A stretch of 27,373 nt of DNA from Actinomycetota bacterium (GCA_046715695.1 JBKJYP010000113.1:1-27373), one strand, 5' to 3'. Counted from the first letter of the stretch, positions 8,172 to 15,886 are shown. Made by a program: numbers and translations. Notes: generated by a model from the letters alone, not told the origin.

Positions 8172-9166
8172 GCCTCTTTACCCAAGAGACCTTGCGGACG
8201 CGCGAGCAGGATAAGCAGCAACACAGCCATGATCGCTATGTGCTCGGCCCCCGGGATCGTCTGCTGGATCGGGGTGTCGCCGATGTAGTAGTGGCCGGAA
8301 GCCCAAAGAGACAGAGCTTGGACGAGGCCGATGATCGTGCCGCCCACGAACGCGCCCGGCAATGAGGTCATGCCTCCGATGACAGCGCCGGTGAACGCAG
8401 GGATGAGGATGTTCCGGGTCATGATCGCCGGATACAGACCTCCGGCCACCGGCACATAGAGGATCCCCGCGATACCTCCCAGTACCGCCGCGGATCCCCA
8501 GATGAAACGGGACATGCGGTGGACGCCGATGCCCACGACCTTCGTTGCGAACGCGTCTTGCGAGGTGGCCAAGACGGCAAGCCCGAGATCGGTCCGCGAG
8601 AAGAAGTAAGCGAGCGCGGCACCGAGCGCGACCAGCACTCCGACCGCGATCACGCGTTGGGGCTCCACATGGAACATGAAGAGGTCGATCCCTCGCGGAG
8701 TCCCGTCGGCCTTGACGCCCTCGACGAGCGGAGAGAGCACCTTGGGCTCGATCCTGAATATGAGGATGGATATACCGATGATGAGCAGCGCGATGGCGAT
8801 CGTCGACACCAGGACGGTGATGCGAGGAGCCTCGATCAAAGGCCGGATGATTATCTGCTCGATGATGAGGCCGACCACCAGGATGGCGAAGAGAGCGAAC
8901 AACACCCCCAGGAAGTAGGGGAGGTTCAGGACATCGATGGCGATGAACAGGAAGTAAGCGGCCAGGGTCCCGAACTCGGCCTGCATGAAATTGAAGACCC
9001 GGGTGCCCTTGTAGACCAGGACCAGGCCCAGGGCCATGACACCGAAGATCGCCCCGTTGACGATGCCGATGACGACGTAGGGCCGGGGTCCGGTGGGGGA
9101 GCCACCCATGAGCAGGATCACCGCAACGATCACGGCAAGGATGATCGAGACGATGGCAGTTCTCAT
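8168..9166 (-). CDS. livH: Branched-chain amino acid-type ABC transporter permease (LivH family)
   Basis: Motifs ALGLVLVYKGTRVFNFMQAEF, RTDLGLAVLATSQD, AFTGAVIGGMTSLPGAFVGG and RPQGLLG. Confidence 0.93.
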   Translation of the reverse strand: MRTAIVSIILAVIVAVILLMGGSPTGPRPYVVIGIVNGAIFGVMALGLVLVYKGTRVFNFMQAEFGTLAAYFLFIAIDVLNLPYFLGVLFALFAILVVGLIIEQIIIRPLIEAPRITVLVSTIAIALLIIGISILIFRIEPKVLSPLVEGVKADGTPRGIDLFMFHVEPQRVIAVGVLVALGAALAYFFSRTDLGLAVLATSQDAFATKVVGIGVHRMSRFIWGSAAVLGGIAGILYVPVAGGLYPAIMTRNILIPAFTGAVIGGMTSLPGAFVGGTIIGLVQALSLWASGHYYIGDTPIQQTIPGAEHIAIMAVLLLILLARPQGLLGKEA

Positions 9167-9261
9167 CGCGCCCCCCGCAGCCCAAACCTCATGGCGGAGA
9201 AGGCTATCCCCTTAGCCCCGAGAAGACCAAGCTTTCCCTTAGTTCGCTCCGGGCGGCTGCT

Positions 9262-10701
9262 CTAGAAGTCGGTGACGAATGCCTGTTCGGTTATCCAGCG
9301 GCCCTGGGAACAATCTGCCCTGACCAGGTGCATCCCACCGGTCGTGAAGTGATGCTCGGGGGTGAAGCTGACATCCGGGAAGACCCCCGTCTTGAGACCC
9401 CTCGCTCTCTCGGCGAAGTAGATGAAGCGTTCCCGGGTCAGCTCGTCCCCCGGAAGCAACAGCATCTCGCCCATCACCTTCGACGCGCCCCATAGGCCGA
9501 ACTCGACGGACCCGTTGCTCGTGTCCTGCCGGCCGCCGGCCTCCACGAAGTCGGGGTCGAACTTGTTCGAGTCGATCACCGCGGGGAACGGGTTGAGGAA
9601 CCGGGCGCCCTCGATCGAGTTCTGATACTTACAGGCCACGTTGGGCACGGTGTCGATCCCCATCGAGAGGCCGATCCCGACCCACTGCGGGTGGTAGCCC
9701 TGGCTCTGGGCGGCCTGGAGCAGTTGGATGAACCAGGTCGGCGACGTCAGGATGTAGACGTTGTCGACGTTCTGCTGGTTGAGGTCGGTGGCGATCGCCT
9801 GGGCATCGGATTGGCCGGCGGTCTTGCTCACCGCACGGTCGTATTGAACCGGAGCCCCCATCTCTTCCATGCCGGCGAAGAACCCGTCATGCGCGTCCTG
9901 GAAGCCGGGGGTGTTGAAGCGCACCATCCCGTTGATCTCGCTCTTGGCCCCGAGCTTGGTGACGAGAAGATCGGCAAGGAGCGGGCCTTGCTCCGAGTAG
10001 CTCTCCCACACGGCGAAGTAATTCGACAGCGTGTTGAGACCGGTCTCTGCCACACCGGCGGAGATGTAAGGGACCCCGACGCTGGCTGCATAACGAGCGC
10101 AGGCTTGGATCTGATCCACCCCGGCGATCCCGAAGAGCATGAAGACCTTGTCCTGCTCGACCATCTCCTTGCAACCGGCGACGGCTTGGCTCGGGTTGTA
10201 GTTGTCGTTGCGGAAGACGACCTCTACGTTGCGACCGTTGATCGTCTGGTTGTTCTCTTGGAGCCAGTTCCAGTAGAGGTCCTTGCCCGACTCGAACGCA
10301 CCGGAAGGAACGGGGGCCGCCCCGGTGATCGGGGCATGGATCCCGATCGTGATCGTGTCATCGGAGACACCGGTGGCGTCACCTCCGGTGGGCGCGTCAC
10401 CTTCCGCGACCGGTTCTTCGTTTCCTGGGTCGTCACTACCGGTATCGCTGCCGCCGGTGTCGGTTCCTCCGGTATCGGTGCTCCCGGTGTCGGTCCCGAG
10501 GTCTGTTCCCGGCGGTACGGTCCCTATCACCTCACCGGTTTCGGCGTCGACAACCTGGCCCTCCTCGTTCACCTCTGTGCCGGGGGGGAGCGGCTGACCT
10601 CCTGCCACCGTGAAGACGTCGCTGACGCCGGGCTTCTGACCGCACGCGGCCGCGAGCATCAAAGCTGTGCCCAGAAGGGCGGCTATCCGGAGGGACCTCA
10701 T
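9262..10701 (-). CDS. ABC substrate-binding lipoprotein (type 1 periplasmic binding protein, LivJ/K-like) with an acidic N-terminal linker
   Basis: Start moved to ATG 10701 (SD GAGGTGAGG). Lipobox LAAAC, D/T/G-rich linker, then TGVSDDTITIGIHAPITG, INGRNVEVVFRNDNYNPSQAVAGCKEMVEQDKVF. Confidence 0.9.
   Translation of the reverse strand: MRSLRIAALLGTALMLAAACGQKPGVSDVFTVAGGQPLPPGTEVNEEGQVVDAETGEVIGTVPPGTDLGTDTGSTDTGGTDTGGSDTGSDDPGNEEPVAEGDAPTGGDATGVSDDTITIGIHAPITGAAPVPSGAFESGKDLYWNWLQENNQTINGRNVEVVFRNDNYNPSQAVAGCKEMVEQDKVFMLFGIAGVDQIQACARYAASVGVPYISAGVAETGLNTLSNYFAVWESYSEQGPLLADLLVTKLGAKSEINGMVRFNTPGFQDAHDGFFAGMEEMGAPVQYDRAVSKTAGQSDAQAIATDLNQQNVDNVYILTSPTWFIQLLQAAQSQGYHPQWVGIGLSMGIDTVPNVACKYQNSIEGARFLNPFPAVIDSNKFDPDFVEAGGRQDTSNGSVEFGLWGASKVMGEMLLLPGDELTRERFIYFAERARGLKTGVFPDVSFTPEHHFTTGGMHLVRADCSQGRWITEQAFVTDF
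10439..10498 (-). repeat. Four imperfect 15-bp tandem units encoding (G/S)-(T/S)-DTG in the binding-protein linker
   Basis: Plus-strand units ccggtatcgctgccg, ccggtgtcggttcct, ccggtatcggtgctc, ccggtgtcggtcccg. Confidence 0.85.
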
Positions 10702-10706
10702 GGACC

Positions 10707-11960
10707 TCACCTCTTTATCAGCTTGAGTTTGCGGCCCATCTGGCGGCCGAAGTCGCCTACCGCTTGCCAGGGCCCGCCTGTCGATGCGGCAGCCGTTGCT
10801 ACGGAGCCGGTATTGATCCGGCGGATCTGAGCGATGACGCCGTCCGGCCTGATGCCGGTCGTCTTCTCGATCACTACCGAACGGACCAGGGAGAAGAGGA
10901 TGAGCCCGCTCAGTATGGCGACCCACGCGTACCAGGGCAGTTGCTGGGTCTGGCTGACGGAGCTCGCTGCGTCGGTGTCGATGGCGACCGGCGCGCCGGA
11001 TGCCGGTGACGGCGCGGTGCTCGGAGCGGTCTCACCCGTCGGAGGGGTTCCTTCACCGCTGATGTCCGGCGGAGTGCCGGTCCCGGTGTCCGTGAACCCA
11101 CCACTGTCGGTGAACCCTCCGCCGGTGTCCGTGAACCCACCACTGTCGGTGAACCCGTCATCCGTGCCTGTGCCCCCATCATCGATCGAAGCGGGCTTGT
11201 AGCGAAGAGAGGTGACCACGCCGTTCTCGACCTCGAGACCGGCGAGGACGACCCGCCAGATGTTGTCGAGGGGGCTCGTTTCTTCAGCGGGCTTAACTGG
11301 GTAGATGATGATCCCGGTGACGGGCGTCGTGTCATCGACCCAGTGCTGAGCGAGGTCGGTGAGGTCGAACTCCCAACCGAAAGCGCCGTCCTCCGTCTCG
11401 ACCCGCGTTCCCTTGGGAGAGGCATCGCTGCACTCGTGTTTGGGCAGCTCCTCGTACTGGCGAGCAGCCCCGTCCCCGAAGAAGTCCTTGGCCTCGCAAG
11501 CCATGAGGGTCTGGGCCTCGTGGTTGAACGACGGTTGGTTCTCGGTCAGGTCTGCCTCCCGGAAGACCACCGTGAACTTCTTGACATCCGAGCCGATCGG
11601 GACGAGAGAGAGATCGAAGCCCACGGCGGAGAGCTTGTCGGGGGCCTTGTAGTCGTTCTGCACCTCGATCGGGAGCCGCCCGCTGTAACAGTTGGAGGGG
11701 GGCGGTCCCGCGAGCGGAACGACCGGGCACCACGGGTTAGGAAGCTCGATCACGGTCAGATCCGCGCCGGTGGTGGGGTCGGTCACCGTCTGGGAGAACT
11801 GAGGTTCCCAGTACCAGGCTGCGCTCGTTGCGGCGGGAGCGGCTTCCTCGATGGGGCCCGCGATGAATGGGTCGGCTTGAGAGGCACGAGCCGAGAGCCC
11901 CGGCCCCAGGATCAGAACCGCGGCGGCTACCCCTGCCGTCAGTATGCGGATGCGTGTCAT
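10707..11960 (-). CDS. Secreted, C-terminally membrane-anchored surface protein with a DNRLRE/CBM96-like beta-sandwich region
   Basis: Start moved to ATG 11960 (SD GGGGAG). Signal peptide with an AxA-type site. The segments VGFDLSLVPIGSDVKKFTVVF and WEFDLTDLAQHWV...TGIIIYP resemble the FDLS.IP...I..A.L and W.FDVT.LVQ.W...G..L signatures of DNRLRE domains. Then a G/T/D repeat linker, P/A/S/T stalk, TM helix WYAWVAILSGLILFSLV and a basic tail. The domain call is by eye. Confidence 0.7.
   Translation of the reverse strand: MTRIRILTAGVAAAVLILGPGLSARASQADPFIAGPIEEAAPAATSAAWYWEPQFSQTVTDPTTGADLTVIELPNPWCPVVPLAGPPPSNCYSGRLPIEVQNDYKAPDKLSAVGFDLSLVPIGSDVKKFTVVFREADLTENQPSFNHEAQTLMACEAKDFFGDGAARQYEELPKHECSDASPKGTRVETEDGAFGWEFDLTDLAQHWVDDTTPVTGIIIYPVKPAEETSPLDNIWRVVLAGLEVENGVVTSLRYKPASIDDGGTGTDDGFTDSGGFTDTGGGFTDSGGFTDTGTGTPPDISGEGTPPTGETAPSTAPSPASGAPVAIDTDAASSVSQTQQLPWYAWVAILSGLILFSLVRSVVIEKTTGIRPDGVIAQIRRINTGSVATAAASTGGPWQAVGDFGRQMGRKLKLIKR
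11083..11156. repeat. Perfect 35-bp direct repeat with 39-bp period (GFTDSGGFTDTG x2)
   Basis: ccggtgtccgtgaacccaccactgtcggtgaaccc at 11083-11117 and 11122-11156. Confidence 0.95.
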
Positions 11961-12003
11961 TCGATGTCTCCCCCCGGCCGCTCGATGGTCCAACAGGCCT
12001 ATC

Positions 12004-12040
12004 ATCCCAGAAACCCTGGGATAACAACTTATCTCTGAGA
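12004..12040. promoter_or_regulatory. Cluster of inverted repeats in the divergent intergenic region, candidate operator(s)
   Basis: ATCCCAG-N5-CTGGGAT (12004-12022), GATAA-N4-TTATC (12020-12033) and TCTC-T-GAGA (12032-12040), in an AT-richer stretch upstream of the ABC operon. Confidence 0.45.
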
Positions 12041-12084
12041 ACCCTCTTCCCTGCCACTTCCGCCTGACTGGGCTGTGTATTTGC

Positions 12085-12090
12085 TAACCT
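12085..12090 (+). promoter_or_regulatory. Putative -10 hexamer TAACCT for a leaderless transcript
   Basis: TANNNT exactly 6 nt upstream of GTG 12097, with no SD sequence. Confidence 0.55.
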
Positions 12091-12096
12091 CGCTTC

Positions 12097-12624
12097 GTGC
12101 GGAAGCTTCGGTCCCTCTGGCAGTCCCTCTGGGTAGACGTCGATAGGCGTGTTCGCCTGGGCCGGCTGCTCGGCCTCGGATTCATCGGCTTTGGCTTCGT
12201 GGTGATCGGGAAAGCGTGGGAGGGAGCCGCCAGCATCAACTCGGCTCCCGGCCAGTTGCCCTACCTGCTCTCCGGTGGATTCCTCGGTCTCGGCATGATC
12301 CTGACCGGCGGTGTCCTCTTGTTCCTTGCCACCGTGCGGGCGGAGAGGCAACTCCTCAGCGACAGGTTCGACGAGATGTCGACGCTGCTGGCGAGGAACC
12401 TGGCACGGCTGGGCTACTCGGCCAACGGTAACGGGAGCGGCAGCTCAGGCATCGAGGTTGTCGCCGGAGCCAACGTGTACCACTCCGCCGATTGCAAGAT
12501 CCTCCAGGGCAAGAAGGATCTGTCGAAGATGTCCCTCGAGCTCGCCGTCAACGAGGGTCTCAGGCCATGCCGGGTGTGCAGCCCGCCTAAGCCGGCAAAG
12601 ACTCCCGAGAAACAAGGGGCCTGA
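12097..12624 (+). CDS. Two-TM membrane protein with a C-terminal Ada-type metal (Zn)-binding motif
   Basis: Two hydrophobic helices, a short coiled coil, then YHSADC...GLRPCRVCSP (H-x3-C...C-x2-C), as in Ada metal-binding-like domains. Confidence 0.7.
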   Translation: MRKLRSLWQSLWVDVDRRVRLGRLLGLGFIGFGFVVIGKAWEGAASINSAPGQLPYLLSGGFLGLGMILTGGVLLFLATVRAERQLLSDRFDEMSTLLARNLARLGYSANGNGSGSSGIEVVAGANVYHSADCKILQGKKDLSKMSLELAVNEGLRPCRVCSPPKPAKTPEKQGA

Positions 12625-13792
12625 ACACGAGCCCCGTGATCGCTTTCGGCCAGAAGTAACTGGCTTTCTGCGGCATCCTTTCACCCGAGCCTGCCACCGA
12701 GACGATCTCCCGTCCGGTCACGCCTTTCACCAAGACACCGAAGTCCGACTCGCCTCCCTCGACCGCTTCCCGGATCACGCTCTCGTCTTTCGAGAACATG
12801 ATGTCTGCCATCGACCCTTCGAGGAGAGCCGGGAAGACGATCTCATGCAGCACGACGACGTCGAGGGCGGCCCAATCGGGCGAGTGACCTGAGAGAGCGG
12901 CGGCTACATCTTTCCCGGGCACCGTGATACGAACGTCTTTCCCGGGGAGCAGGAAGGTGAAGTGGTGCCCGCCGGCTTCGTCACCCTCCGGCCATCTGGC
13001 CAGCTCCTGCTCTATGTGTTCGGGCGAGGATCCCACGGTCACAGCACGGTGATAGGGAAGGACGGCCGGCTGCTCGCTGTCGGCGTCGACCACCAGGCAC
13101 ATGATGGCGTCGTGCTCTCCTTCGGTCCCGGTCCGCTCGCGTTGGAAGTCGAGCGCGGTCTCGTACCGATGATGCCCGTCGGCGATCACAAGGGGGCCCT
13201 TCTCCACGGCCCCCGACAGGAGCTCGATCTCGGCAGGAGCTGTGATCACCCAGAGGCGGTGCAGAGTGCCGGCCGGATCTACCACCCGCGCGGCGACGGG
13301 GCGGGCGGGGACCGAAGAAAGGAAACCGGAGATCGAGCCCCCGCCCCTGTAGATCGCATAGATCGGGGAGATGTTGACGGGACAAGCCCTAAGCAACGCG
13401 AGCCGGTCTGACTTGGGTCCGGGCATCGTTTGCTCGTGGGGAAGTACACCCTTCGTGCCGAAGGGCTCGAGCTCAAGTGCTCCGATGACGCCCGTGACCG
13501 ATCGTCGAACCGCTCCCTGCATGAAGTCCTGCCGGTAGACATAGAGCGCCGGTGTAGCTTCGCCCACCAATACTCCCGACTCGATCCAGTTCTCGAGGGT
13601 GAGAGCTGCCTGTTCGTATCGCTCGGGTCCGGAGCCTGAGTTGAGTTCGAGGCGAACGGCATTGTGCGGGTTGAGCTCGGTCAGACGTTGCTGCTCCTCG
13701 GGGGTGATGACGTCGTATGGAGGGCACACCAGGTCCGCGATATGCGGTGAGGTGGAATACCGAAGACCTGAGAAGGGACGGAGAACGGGCAT
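12587..13792 (-). CDS. DUF1015 family protein (ParB/Srx-like fold)
   Basis: Start moved to ATG 13792 (MPVLRPFSGLRY). Family motifs PPYDVI, VLPHEQT, NISPIYAIY, IADGHHRYETA, PYHR and C-terminal MPQKASYFWPK. Overlaps the convergent gene by 38 nt. Confidence 0.92.
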   Translation of the reverse strand: MPVLRPFSGLRYSTSPHIADLVCPPYDVITPEEQQRLTELNPHNAVRLELNSGSGPERYEQAALTLENWIESGVLVGEATPALYVYRQDFMQGAVRRSVTGVIGALELEPFGTKGVLPHEQTMPGPKSDRLALLRACPVNISPIYAIYRGGGSISGFLSSVPARPVAARVVDPAGTLHRLWVITAPAEIELLSGAVEKGPLVIADGHHRYETALDFQRERTGTEGEHDAIMCLVVDADSEQPAVLPYHRAVTVGSSPEHIEQELARWPEGDEAGGHHFTFLLPGKDVRITVPGKDVAAALSGHSPDWAALDVVVLHEIVFPALLEGSMADIMFSKDESVIREAVEGGESDFGVLVKGVTGREIVSVAGSGERMPQKASYFWPKAITGLVFRPLVSRESLPA

Positions 13793-13801
13793 GGGCAGCG
13801 C

Positions 13802-14584
13802 ATGATACGTGAGGGTTTCGACGGGCTCGTTTGTGACATGGACGGCGTGTTGTACAGGGGCGGACGCACGATCCCGGGAGCCCCCGAGGCGATCCACTCT
13901 TTGCGCGGATCCGGGATAGAGATCCTGTTCTGCACGAACAACTCGCGCTCAACCGTGCAGGACTATGTCGATCGGCTCGAGGCCATGGGGATCCCTGCCG
14001 GACCGGATGACATCCTCACGTCGGCCGGCGTGGTGACCGAGGTGCTCAAACATGGATCGACCACCGGTTCTGCCTATGTGGTCGGGGGACCCGGCCTCCT
14101 CGAGGCGGTTACGGCTGCCGGCTTCGACATCGTCACGGACCCTGAGATCGAAAGGGTCGATCTCGTGACGGTCGGATGGGACCCCCGTTTCGACTACGCG
14201 ATGATGCGTGTCGCCGCCAACGCTGTCCGCGATGGAGCCCGGTTCGTGGCATCTAACTCGGACGCGTCGTTCCCTGCCGAGGATGGGTTCTGGCCGGGGG
14301 CCGGTGCGATCCTGGCTTCCATTGAGGTTGCTTCCGGTCGCCGTGCCGAAGTCGTGGGCAAGCCCCATGCCTCGATGCTGGACATGATCGAGGAACGCCT
14401 CGCCGGACGGCGGATCGCGGCTATCGGGGACCGACCGGATACAGACCTCGCCGGCGCCTCGCAACGTGGATGGGCGACGATCCTCGTGCTCAGTGGGGTG
14501 ACACATCGGAGCGATGTCGACGGCATCCAACCGGCACCCGACCTGGTACTGGATTCGATCGCAGACCTACCCGCGCTTCTTTGA
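13802..14584 (+). CDS. HAD-IIA family hydrolase (NagD/Rv1692-like phosphatase)
   Basis: Motif I DMDGVLY, motif II TNNS, motif III GKP, motif IV GDRPDTD, and VLSGVT. Confidence 0.95.
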   Translation: MIREGFDGLVCDMDGVLYRGGRTIPGAPEAIHSLRGSGIEILFCTNNSRSTVQDYVDRLEAMGIPAGPDDILTSAGVVTEVLKHGSTTGSAYVVGGPGLLEAVTAAGFDIVTDPEIERVDLVTVGWDPRFDYAMMRVAANAVRDGARFVASNSDASFPAEDGFWPGAGAILASIEVASGRRAEVVGKPHASMLDMIEERLAGRRIAAIGDRPDTDLAGASQRGWATILVLSGVTHRSDVDGIQPAPDLVLDSIADLPALL

Positions 14585-14590
14585 CCCCCC

Positions 14591-15403
14591 CTAATAGCGC
14601 CCCCATTGCGGTCGCCATGGAGCAGGGGGCTGCGGTCTGCCTCCCATCAGATAGATCATCACGACGCCGAACACGAAGCCGCCGACGTGTGCCATCCACG
14701 CGACCCCACTCGGGCCCGCCTTGTCTCCCGCTGCGATCAGGAATTGGTAGAGGAACCACAATCCCAACACGAGGACGGCGGACAACTGGACGATCGTCCA
14801 AAGGAAGATGACGGCGACGAGGACGTTAACCCGCGCTCGCGGATACAAGACTATGTATGCACCCATGACGGCAGCGATCGCCCCCGAGGCGCCAACGGCC
14901 GGGACGCATGCACCCAGATCGAGGTTGCATGTGGCGGGTGAGGTTTGCAGGGAGAAGATGATGTGCGCGAACGCCGCGAATATCCCGCCCAGGAGATAGA
15001 AGAGTGTGAACTTGAAGCGGCCCAGGTGATCCTCGACGTTGTTGCCGAAGACCCATAGGAAGAGCAGGTTGCCTCCGATATGCAAGAGGTTGGCGTGCAA
15101 GAAGGTCGAGAAAAGGACGGCCATGAGGAAACCACCCAGGTCCCTCTCGGGGATGACCACACTCTCTCCGGCGCCGAGGAGTACCTCGGGCTCGCCCGGA
15201 CCCGGGATGAATTCGTCGCATCGGTCCCCGAGCTGACATGGGACGGGGGCGGTTTCGTAGAAGTACTTGGTCATGGCGAGGTCGCCCTTGGTGACCGGCT
15301 CTTTGCCCACGAAGACGATGATGTTCAGGACGATCAGGAGGACGGTGATCACGGGAAACCTTTTCGTCGGATTGACATCCGAGATCGGGATCAGGTTGAT
15401 CAC
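14591..15403 (-). CDS. Rhomboid family intramembrane serine protease
   Basis: Motifs FLHANLLHIGGNLLFLWVFGNNVE, catalytic GASGA and catalytic His in AHVGG. GTG start. Confidence 0.95.
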   Translation of the reverse strand: MINLIPISDVNPTKRFPVITVLLIVLNIIVFVGKEPVTKGDLAMTKYFYETAPVPCQLGDRCDEFIPGPGEPEVLLGAGESVVIPERDLGGFLMAVLFSTFLHANLLHIGGNLLFLWVFGNNVEDHLGRFKFTLFYLLGGIFAAFAHIIFSLQTSPATCNLDLGACVPAVGASGAIAAVMGAYIVLYPRARVNVLVAVIFLWTIVQLSAVLVLGLWFLYQFLIAAGDKAGPSGVAWMAHVGGFVFGVVMIYLMGGRPQPPAPWRPQWGRY

Positions 15404-15409
15404 TCGGCG

Positions 15410-15415
15410 AGTATA
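15410..15415 (-). promoter_or_regulatory. Putative -10 hexamer TATACT for leaderless rhomboid transcript
   Basis: Minus-strand TATACT exactly 6 nt upstream of GTG 15403. Confidence 0.6.
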
Positions 15416-15477
15416 GGTTTGGGCGACTCGATAACCCTGTAACAGCGGCGTCTCGCCGAGAGCGAGAAGGATCGGAG

Positions 15478-15879
15478 GTGCCCAACGTGTTGGATGAACT
15501 ACGAAGAGTGGCGCTGTTCGGATCGGGCGTGGCTGAACTAACCCGGAACAGAGCCGAGCAGATCGTGAAAGACCTCATAGCGCGCGGTGACATCGGTCGA
15601 GGCGATGCGAGCGGCGTCGTCAAGGACTTGATCGAGCGAAGCAAGGAGAACCGTAAAGAGCTCACCTCCCTGATCCGAGGCGAGCTGCAGGATCAGATCG
15701 GTCGCCTCGGGGTTGCGACCAGAGGGGACCTGGAGAGGCTCGAACGGCGCGTCACCCGTCTCGAGGAAAGGGTCAAGCAGCTCCGGACGGAAGCGGCTTC
15801 CAAGGCTCCGGCCAAGAAGACAAGCGCTGCCACCAAGGCCAAGCCAAAGCCGGGACCGACCCCGGCCGACGCTACATAA
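15478..15879 (+). CDS. Phasin-like (PhaF/PhaI-type) coiled-coil protein with a Lys/Ala-rich tail
   Basis: LFGSGVAELTRNRAEQIVKDLIARGDI...LGVATRGDLERLERRVTRLE matches the PhaF/PhaI pattern. Tail KAPAKKT. AGAAGG upstream of the GTG start. Confidence 0.75.
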   Translation: MPNVLDELRRVALFGSGVAELTRNRAEQIVKDLIARGDIGRGDASGVVKDLIERSKENRKELTSLIRGELQDQIGRLGVATRGDLERLERRVTRLEERVKQLRTEAASKAPAKKTSAATKAKPKPGPTPADAT

Positions 15880-15886
15880 TCGAGTC

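Noticed and set aside
8178-9185. Long alternative-frame or antisense ORFs (e.g. 8178-9185, 9691-10830, 18833-19858, 20568-21602, 26229-27305, 6568-7491, 24729-25655)
   Set aside because: They fully overlap well-supported genes, are Arg/Pro/Gly-rich without motifs, and are expected shadow ORFs in GC-rich DNA.
10702-10926. Extended N-termini given by the ORF track (binding protein, CAP protein, SPFH, surface protein, DUF1015, SteA, HU)
   Set aside because: The extensions overlap neighbouring genes or promoters. Downstream starts have SD sequences, signal peptides or family-typical N-termini.
11083-11156. 35-bp direct repeat as a CRISPR array or insertion scar
   Set aside because: There are only two copies separated by 4 bp, in frame inside a coding linker, with no spacers, cas genes or transposase.
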